Shown: positions 17,812-24,014 of the stretch, piece by piece
How positions within the stretch are numbered: position 1 is the first letter of the stretch
How the letters are laid out: every line of letters begins with the position of its first letter
Origin: Candidatus Heimdallarchaeota archaeon
GTDB lineage: Archaea; Asgardarchaeota; Heimdallarchaeia; Hodarchaeales; Hodarchaeaceae
Assembly (NCBI GenBank): GCA_019057635.1
Contig: DXJL01000063.1
Coordinates: forward strand, 1 to 24,014
Direction: 5' to 3'
Length of the DNA stretch: 24,014 nt
The notes under the pieces: generated by a model
Databases searched by the model: none
Seen by the model: only the letters and a program-made list of their open reading frames with translations
Told to the model about the DNA's origin: nothing
Translations under genes and position numbers: made by a program

Positions 17812-18018
17812 ATGGAATCCACGTATAAATTAATTACTTTAGTGGGCAGTAGCCCTAACAGCTTCGAAGAGGCAATTCAAAATGCAGTAGCTGATGCAGG
17901 AAAATCTCTTCGTGATCTACGGATTGCTTCGGTTGAAAAACAAGATTGTAAAGTTGAAAATGGGAAAGTTGTAGCTTTCAGAGTTAGGTTTACGCTTTCT
18001 TTCAAATATGAGGTTTAA
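17812..18018 (+). CDS. Dodecin-family protein (calcium-dodecin/Rv0379-like subtype)
   Basis: YKLITLVGSSPNSFEEAIQNAV..A.KSLR...SFK dodecin pattern. ATG at 17812 is preferred; the ORF track starts at GTG 17803. T-tracts follow at 18035-18048. Confidence 0.9.
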   Translation: MESTYKLITLVGSSPNSFEEAIQNAVADAGKSLRDLRIASVEKQDCKVENGKVVAFRVRFTLSFKYEV

Positions 18019-18060
18019 AATCCTCATTTCTCCATTTTTTATTTTTTTACACATAGACTA

Positions 18061-19365
18061 TTATTTATATGCCTTCTTTATGAAAATTATCCCACCTATC
18101 ACGAAAATCAATGAACCACTTGTTATTAGTAAAGCTATATCTAAAATAAATCCTTTAGGTTCAGAATTAAGGATCATGATTTTTCTCAGTGCTTCTCCAA
18201 TGCAGAAAAAAGGATTTAGATGCCATAATTGAATATCTCCAATTAGTTTAATATGCGGGAGAGGGATAAAATTTCCTGTCAAGAATGTTAAAGGAATCGC
18301 TATGATACTCGGTAAGTAAGTTGCCATTTGTCCATCAGTTGAAGCGGCAATAGCTAAGCTAATCCCAAGAAGGGGGAGAACTGCGAAAAAACTGACCACC
18401 AGAATGAATATCCCTTGAAATTCTCCCTGAACTGGAAAATTAAGTAAGAAAAATAAAGCCATTATTACAATGGTCATTGTAGACAGGGTAGTCACAAGCT
18501 GTGTTAATGATAGGCCACTGAAAAAGCTCCGAACATGGAAATTTCCCAATTTAAGCCTATCGATGGTACCACGTTCTCTTTCATAACCAACAATTCCAGC
18601 TATTCCAGTACTTGATGAAATTAAAACAAAAACTAATAATGCTGGCGCAAAGATTTCAAATTCCGTAAATGAAAGAGCTGTAATAGATTCATGTTCAATA
18701 TCAAGGATTTTGTTCGATGGTATTCCCGAGATCCAGTAATGATCCAAGTATAATTGTAGCATTCCCTCTAATAGCATAGATGCCTCGGAAAAACGAGCGT
18801 ATGAATAATCCCCTATTAACTCAACATTTGTTTCGGTGTAATAATACTCAGACATGTTTAGAATTGCGTGATTTTCGCTTACATTAATTCGATGGTTTAA
18901 TCCTGATAGTAAAGCCTTAGAAAAATCATTTGGTAGAATAAAACATAGACTGATGAATCGACTTTGAACGGCTTCACTGGCTTTTTCAAGAGTTGAGAAT
19001 TGTATGATTTCGAATCTATGTTGCTCAGTGGAGGGTAATAATCTATCTGAATGGTTGATATTGTCTATAAATTCATTCCCAAATCCACCGTTTAATGGAT
19101 CTCCGAAAAGTCCAATTTCATTGATAACTAGTTGAATTTGTTCTTTAATTTCTGAATTTAATGGAACGACCTGATCCATATTAATAACACCAAGAGTATA
19201 GATATCACCCGAATCTCCTACAATCACGAAAGAGCTCTCATCTCCATATAGTAATGCCATCCCCACAATGAAAATAATTGGAATAATAAAAATAACTCCA
19301 ACTCTTTCCATGCTTCTGAAAGTTTGTTTTAGACATTTTGCTGTATATACTAGAGTGAGATTCAT
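18061..19365 (-). CDS. ABC-2 type exporter permease
   Basis: N-terminal TM, large extracytoplasmic loop, ERERGTIDRL, FLTGNFIP, LNP. ATG at 19365 has a GGAGG RBS and an ATGA overlap with the upstream stop. Confidence 0.9.
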   Translation of the reverse strand: MNLTLVYTAKCLKQTFRSMERVGVIFIIPIIFIVGMALLYGDESSFVIVGDSGDIYTLGVINMDQVVPLNSEIKEQIQLVINEIGLFGDPLNGGFGNEFIDNINHSDRLLPSTEQHRFEIIQFSTLEKASEAVQSRFISLCFILPNDFSKALLSGLNHRINVSENHAILNMSEYYYTETNVELIGDYSYARFSEASMLLEGMLQLYLDHYWISGIPSNKILDIEHESITALSFTEFEIFAPALLVFVLISSSTGIAGIVGYERERGTIDRLKLGNFHVRSFFSGLSLTQLVTTLSTMTIVIMALFFLLNFPVQGEFQGIFILVVSFFAVLPLLGISLAIAASTDGQMATYLPSIIAIPLTFLTGNFIPLPHIKLIGDIQLWHLNPFFCIGEALRKIMILNSEPKGFILDIALLITSGSLIFVIGGIIFIKKAYK

Positions 19366-20747
19366 TGTAAATTCCTCCAAAATCTGAAATAGCTAAAAAA
19401 GAAGACAGAAAAAATGAAATACCCGAATGAAAGGAGTAAACTCATTAAAATATCTGGGAAAACTTGTGACAGATTGAAGTTGTATAGCAAAACCTGCCGA
19501 AGAGCAGAAACAGTATGGGTCAATGGTAGAAAATCCCAGATGAGAAAATCTCTTGCCATGCCACTAGCAGTAGGTATAAATTTTTGGACTATCACGATTT
19601 TTGGTACTTCTATGAATGCGCCACTCATAAAACCGAGGAAAGGACCTCCAAATCCTAATATTGTCCCAACTACATCTTCATTAGAAAAAACTGCCGTAGT
19701 TAAATATATGAGAGATGCAGAAAATGGAAGAATTGTTAATGAAATAAAATACGCGAGGATTATATCCCCCATTGGCTGGAAGCCCATCATTAAACTACTA
19801 GTAAAAAGCAAAAAGGCCTGGCCAATCATTACTGGAATTTGGATAATGAAAGTACCAAGAATGTATGTTGTCGCCGAGGAAGAAGATAAACGTATCAAGT
19901 CAAAGGTACGGTTATTTAATCTAAACTCCATACAAAAGAAGAGTGAAATTAACGATGGTTGCATTATTATCCCAAATGCTATCAGTCCAGGAATCGAGAG
20001 ACCAAATAGTGAATAGGTTGGTATCGAAACACTTATCTCTTCATTCATGGTGAATGTAATGCTACCTCCTGGTCCTTTGAATACGGCAGCAAGATCTAGA
20101 TATCCTTCTATAATATTGATTAGAATCGAATTCGCTATCTGGTAGTTTAGATAGCCTTCATCCCCTTTTATCAAGATATTATCTGTTATATTTGCAGGAA
20201 AATCTGGTAGGGAAGGATCAATAGATTGGAGATTCTCGTGCAAGTACAAACCATATGTGTTCTTCCAGTATTTATTTAAAAGTTCCAACGAGGCATTTGA
20301 AAATTGCTGGGGAAGAACTAGGACTATATCCAACTCTCTATCCCTAAGATCCGATTCTGCTTGATTTTCACTGGTAAATTCGACGATTTCGAAGATTTGA
20401 GATGAGCTCGGTTGATTACTATAAGTCAAATTTGATAAAATACTGATGAATTCTTTTCCAAAACCTTCCGTAAGAACATTCTCAGAATGAAATTGGTCAA
20501 AAGTCCAATTTCCCATTAGTGTTTCATTTTGGAAAATTGTTTGTATTTCTAAAGGAATACCTTTATCTTGGTTAAGGATTCCCAATATAAAGGTTTGGTT
20601 TTCACCTATTGGTGATGCCGAGAAGCCAAACCAGTACAAACCAATAAAAAAAATTGGAAATATAATTAAATATGGAATAGTCCATTTACTACGAATTAAC
20701 TGCAATCCTATTCTTTCTGAAATACCTAGTATCTGTCTTAGGGACAT
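19362..20747 (-). CDS. ABC-2 type exporter permease
   Basis: Same topology as its neighbour; GILNQD, IPGL, FMSGAF, LPLTH..ALR.V; AGGAG RBS. Confidence 0.9.
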   Translation of the reverse strand: MSLRQILGISERIGLQLIRSKWTIPYLIIFPIFFIGLYWFGFSASPIGENQTFILGILNQDKGIPLEIQTIFQNETLMGNWTFDQFHSENVLTEGFGKEFISILSNLTYSNQPSSSQIFEIVEFTSENQAESDLRDRELDIVLVLPQQFSNASLELLNKYWKNTYGLYLHENLQSIDPSLPDFPANITDNILIKGDEGYLNYQIANSILINIIEGYLDLAAVFKGPGGSITFTMNEEISVSIPTYSLFGLSIPGLIAFGIIMQPSLISLFFCMEFRLNNRTFDLIRLSSSSATTYILGTFIIQIPVMIGQAFLLFTSSLMMGFQPMGDIILAYFISLTILPFSASLIYLTTAVFSNEDVVGTILGFGGPFLGFMSGAFIEVPKIVIVQKFIPTASGMARDFLIWDFLPLTHTVSALRQVLLYNFNLSQVFPDILMSLLLSFGYFIFSVFFFSYFRFWRNLQ

Positions 20748-20758
20748 TTTTCTTTCTC

Positions 20759-21748
20759 CTAGGATCGTAAGCGTCGGCCCGTCAAATTAATAAACACATC
20801 TTCAAGTGTTGTCCCCCTTAGGGAAAGATTACTTACTTTAAAGTTTTGCTTTTCGATGAAAGCAAGGATTCTACTTAATTTCGGGATGAGATCCAGGGCA
20901 CGAATTGTAAGGGAATTTTGGGATATGGTGATATCTTCAATGGGGAGGGGTGGCTCTAGAGCTGCCAATTTGGCAGCTAAGGGTTTCAATTCCTTTTCTC
21001 GTGGTTGACCTGCAAGCTCTATTTCAACGAGATCTCCTTCACCAATAGATGATTTCAAATTCTTAGGTGTGTCAAGAACAAGAATCTTACCATTATCAAT
21101 AATTGCTACACGATTCGAGAGTCTATCTGCTTCTTCCATGTAATGAGTTGTTAAAATAACTGTTTTTCCTTGTTTTGGGAGGTTACGTATGAAGTTCCAT
21201 ACTGCAACTCGTGATTGGGGATCTAAACCGGGAGTCGGTTCATCACATAGCACTATTTTCGGATCATGAACTAGTGCTAAGATTAAATTTAATCTACGTT
21301 TCTGACCTCCTGATAAGTTTTTGGTTATAGTCTTTCGTTTTTCTTCCAACCCAATCTGGGAAATAAGTGAGTCGATTCGGTCTTTTGCCAATATTTTCGG
21401 GATGTCATATATTTTCGCTAAGAACCATAGATTTTCCTCAACAGTTAAATCTTCATAGAACGTAGGAGTCTGAGGAATTATACCTAATACGTTTTTAAGT
21501 GATTTATCCTTTTTGTGGGGATTCTTTCCTAAGATAGTGACTTCACCTGCATCTGGACGTAGTAAACCTACAATCATCCTGAGACTAGTCGTCTTTCCCG
21601 CTCCATTCGGTCCAAGAAATCCGAATATTTCTTGATCGTAAATATCAAAGCTGATCCCTTGAACTGCATGAACTTTATTTGTACCTTTACCAAATGTTTT
21701 TTTAAGAGCTTTAACTTCTATTATTTTCTTCAACTGAGTCGCTCCCAA
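20759..21748 (-). CDS. ABC exporter ATP-binding protein (DrrA/YadG-like)
   Basis: GPNGAGKT, LSGGQ, DEPT, TTH, TLEDVF..LTG. True start may be TTG at 21733, which follows GGAG. Confidence 0.96.
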   Translation of the reverse strand: MGATQLKKIIEVKALKKTFGKGTNKVHAVQGISFDIYDQEIFGFLGPNGAGKTTSLRMIVGLLRPDAGEVTILGKNPHKKDKSLKNVLGIIPQTPTFYEDLTVEENLWFLAKIYDIPKILAKDRIDSLISQIGLEEKRKTITKNLSGGQKRRLNLILALVHDPKIVLCDEPTPGLDPQSRVAVWNFIRNLPKQGKTVILTTHYMEEADRLSNRVAIIDNGKILVLDTPKNLKSSIGEGDLVEIELAGQPREKELKPLAAKLAALEPPLPIEDITISQNSLTIRALDLIPKLSRILAFIEKQNFKVSNLSLRGTTLEDVFINLTGRRLRS

Positions 21749-22256
21749 TTTTATCCTTTAGATATTGAAGTCCATATTCTAAGGATTCATTATAGATCTG
21801 AATTCCAAAATTCTGTATCTGAACTGCAGTAAATAATTCAGGATCGGAGTTCTCAACCTCTGAAGATTGGAGATCTGCAAGCATATCCATCATCCTTACA
21901 TTAATATCTATAAATCTCTGGAACATCAGTTCTAACAAAGAAGCATCATCAGCAACATGATAAGAATAACCCAGTTTGTGAGTTCCTCGTCTGATCAGTG
22001 TTCCATATTGAACATTGAATTTAATTGCTCTATTCACTGATGGTATTGATGTTGGATATTCTGATTCGTTACCAAATAACTCCTTTAGCCTTTTGGAAAT
22101 TGTAACTTGAGTCCAATCGTCTCGTTGCTCAAGCCATATGAGTGCGTCAATGTATCCTGACAAACCAGGTAGACCATATCCTTGCCAGTATTCTGCTAAA
22201 ATATTGAAGAAAGATTTTCTCTGAAGACTGATTTTGGGGTTGTCATTGGAATCCAT
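21711..22256 (-). CDS. Winged-helix transcriptional regulator (GbsR/MarR-like)
   Basis: YWQGYGLP...G.I.ALIW, TQVTISKRL, SIPSVNRAIK, GTLIRR..YSY; first gene of the ABC operon and overlaps the ATPase start. Confidence 0.7.
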   Translation of the reverse strand: MDSNDNPKISLQRKSFFNILAEYWQGYGLPGLSGYIDALIWLEQRDDWTQVTISKRLKELFGNESEYPTSIPSVNRAIKFNVQYGTLIRRGTHKLGYSYHVADDASLLELMFQRFIDINVRMMDMLADLQSSEVENSDPELFTAVQIQNFGIQIYNESLEYGLQYLKDKIGSDSVEENNRS

Positions 22257-22286
22257 TGAATATCAAAATAGAAGGGAACATGCGCA

Positions 22287-22323
22287 TATTTAAAATTTCC
22301 GAAGTATGAAATTCTGAATTTCA
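22287..22323 (-). promoter_or_regulatory. BRE/TATA promoter with upstream perfect 8-1-8 palindrome (putative operator)
   Basis: Minus strand CGGAAAT-TTTAAATA (22301-22287), about 30 nt before the ATG; TGAAATTC-T-GAATTTCA at 22307-22323. Confidence 0.65.
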
Positions 22324-22380
22324 AAAAAATGAAATGCTAGAACATGGTTTAGAATTGAAAATTAACAATTAAAATCGATA

Positions 22381-23169
22381 TTATTGAAGTAAAAAAGATT
22401 CAATTGCAGACATATATTTATCAAAGCCCAAATATAAAAGATCATTATGCCCTGCTCTAGGAATAATTACCAATTCCTTTTCTTTGCTTGAACAATTTTC
22501 ATAGAGAGCATAACCGTTATTCACAGGAATAATATAGTCTTCCTCACCATGAATAATTAATGTTGGTATGGTAATTTTATTCATGAGGGGAAGGGGGGAA
22601 GATTCTGATTCTTTATCCTCAGGTAGGAGTTTTTTGGGTATTCCGAGTCTTTGTAGTAGCTCATAAGTGTATGCAAATCCGCTTTCCACGATTAGACCTG
22701 AAATCTCGCTTTGATAATAGCTGGCAAGCTCTATTGCAGATGCACTCCCCAGTGATCTTCCCATGACAGATAAGGGGCCAGTATATCCATTTTTTTCTAG
22801 ATAGACTCTTAGTTGTTGGAAGATTTTATGGGAATCGTTGAACATACTCGAAAAAGTTGGTTCACCTCCACTCTGCCCATATCCTCTATAATCCATCACA
22901 CAAAAATTTATTCCACGTTTCTGAAATTCTGGGCCTAAATCATGGTAATCTTGGGCGATTTCACCATTTCCATGAAAGAATAGTAGTGTTGGTGCCTGTT
23001 TGGAGGCTTTATGTAGGAATCCGCAAATCTTGATGCTCTCTTCAACACTGATGCACACTGAATAACGATTCTTGGTGTCATCAGGTATGGATGGTGCTTT
23101 TCGAGGATGAAAAACCATTTGATTAATGAATGGTAAATCTAAGAAAGATAGATCTCTTGTATTATTCAT
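22381..23169 (-). CDS. Alpha/beta hydrolase (BEM46/ABHD13/ABHD17-like)
   Basis: FFHGNGE, DYRGYG.S.G.P, GRSLG (nucleophile), HGEED, AGHND: complete Ser-Asp-His triad. Confidence 0.92.
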   Translation of the reverse strand: MNNTRDLSFLDLPFINQMVFHPRKAPSIPDDTKNRYSVCISVEESIKICGFLHKASKQAPTLLFFHGNGEIAQDYHDLGPEFQKRGINFCVMDYRGYGQSGGEPTFSSMFNDSHKIFQQLRVYLEKNGYTGPLSVMGRSLGSASAIELASYYQSEISGLIVESGFAYTYELLQRLGIPKKLLPEDKESESSPLPLMNKITIPTLIIHGEEDYIIPVNNGYALYENCSSKEKELVIIPRAGHNDLLYLGFDKYMSAIESFLLQ

Positions 23170-23191
23170 AAGTATCTACCATCATCACGTA

Positions 23192-23923
23192 TTATGACAT
23201 AGGTACTAGACTAGTTAATATAGAGAATACTCCAAACATAATTGGAACATATACAACGATAGAGGCAACAAGATCCCATATGTAATGCTCTCCAAGGTAA
23301 ATCACTGAGAAACAAAAGAAAGTGCCTAATACAAGAAAAAACACAATTCCTGCAGTCCAAACCCACCAAGATGATGTCAAACCAATGAAATAACATAAGA
23401 TAGCTCCAGCCATCATTAATCCCAAGTGATTCGACGGTAAACCATTATACAACAGTCCATTTACGTTATCGGATTGTTTAAATTGTTCGAGTCGTAAAGG
23501 AATGATCGGAAGGTCACGACCAAAAGCATCCCATCTATTAGGCACAATCACAGGATAAAGAAACTGGATAGTCATACTTGTACCCCATGATAAGATAACA
23601 GGAAGACCATATCGCCACGCCTGATCCCCCTGAAGACCACAAATATAAACTTCGATGATGACTGTTATTGTAAAGGCCCAAAGCCAAAGCTGCATTGTAA
23701 GAAAATCAAGAATCTTTGTCATTTTCTCCTTGGTTCTCAGTTTCGTCTGTAGATATTGAGTAGGTTTAGGAGAAAAGAATTTTGCCCGTTTGTGAACTTT
23801 ATCGGGAGTTTGCCACCAACGGGCGCTGTACCATAAGATTAGCATACCTATGGTTACAAGTAGTAAAAAAACATTGAGAGGGGTAGCAAAGGCTTCTTCG
23901 TACGCGGCTAAGATATTGTCCAT
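23192..23923 (-). CDS. PAP2-superfamily membrane phosphoesterase/phosphotransferase (AUR1/IPC-synthase-like)
   Basis: FLYPVIVP, NGLPSNH (PSxH), VIYLGEHYIWD (HYxxD); multiple TM helices. Confidence 0.82.
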   Translation of the reverse strand: MDNILAAYEEAFATPLNVFLLLVTIGMLILWYSARWWQTPDKVHKRAKFFSPKPTQYLQTKLRTKEKMTKILDFLTMQLWLWAFTITVIIEVYICGLQGDQAWRYGLPVILSWGTSMTIQFLYPVIVPNRWDAFGRDLPIIPLRLEQFKQSDNVNGLLYNGLPSNHLGLMMAGAILCYFIGLTSSWWVWTAGIVFFLVLGTFFCFSVIYLGEHYIWDLVASIVVYVPIMFGVFSILTSLVPMS

Positions 23924-24014
23924 GATATCAACCCTGTATTAAAAAGATTTTCACTGACAGGACTTTTTCGGATTTTCTGTAATCTGTAAGAATCCAGATG
24001 CATCCAAAAAGGAC

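Noticed and set aside
19362-19380. 19-nt overlap between the two permeases
   Set aside because: Explained by start mis-assignment: ATG at 19365 with a GGAGG RBS gives an ordinary ATGA coupling.
19414-20016. 200-aa plus-strand ORF and other antisense or nested ORFs (284-595, 3015-3236, 4419-4658, 5351-5569, 15211-15492, 15828-16493, 16620-17000, 18008-18232 etc.)
   Set aside because: All overlap well-supported genes, mostly as shadows of hydrophobic proteins, and have no recognisable motifs.
1-24014. CRISPR arrays, IS/integrase, defence systems, Sec/Pyl read-through, frameshifted pseudogenes
   Set aside because: No regularly spaced repeats, transposase or nuclease motifs were seen, and the recognised genes appear full length without in-frame stops.

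Overview
AT-rich, densely coding 24 kb window that looks like archaeal chromosomal backbone. Evidence: BRE/TATA-type promoters, oligo-T terminators and a PGF-CTERM-type surface protein. An Asgard/Heimdallarchaeia-like origin is my inference, not demonstrated. I find about 22 CDSs: a partial membrane protein, SDR, DEAD-box helicase, degenerate CPBP/Abi membrane protein, PGF-CTERM surface protein, stand-alone citrate lyase alpha (citF), small Cys/His protein, aconitase A, DinB-family protein, a three-gene metal-transport cluster (CxxC membrane protein, UreH/NiCoT-like, ZIP), a Cys/Ser/Gly-rich membrane protein, an RCK/TrkA channel-like protein, bacterial-type TPI, dodecin, an ABC-2 exporter with a wHTH regulator, an ABHD/BEM46-like hydrolase and a PAP2/AUR1-like protein. 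I saw no rRNA, tRNA, CRISPR array or mobile element, and no single unambiguous new system. The best leads are several recognisable families with altered signature motifs: TPI with a rebuilt catalytic loop 6, CPBP without its histidines, a channel without the GYG filter, and a Trp-less dodecin. Other leads are the orphan citF beside acnA, a possible lipid remodelling/export locus, and a perfect 17-bp palindrome just upstream of a BRE/TATA. All family calls come from motif recognition from memory; no searches were run.
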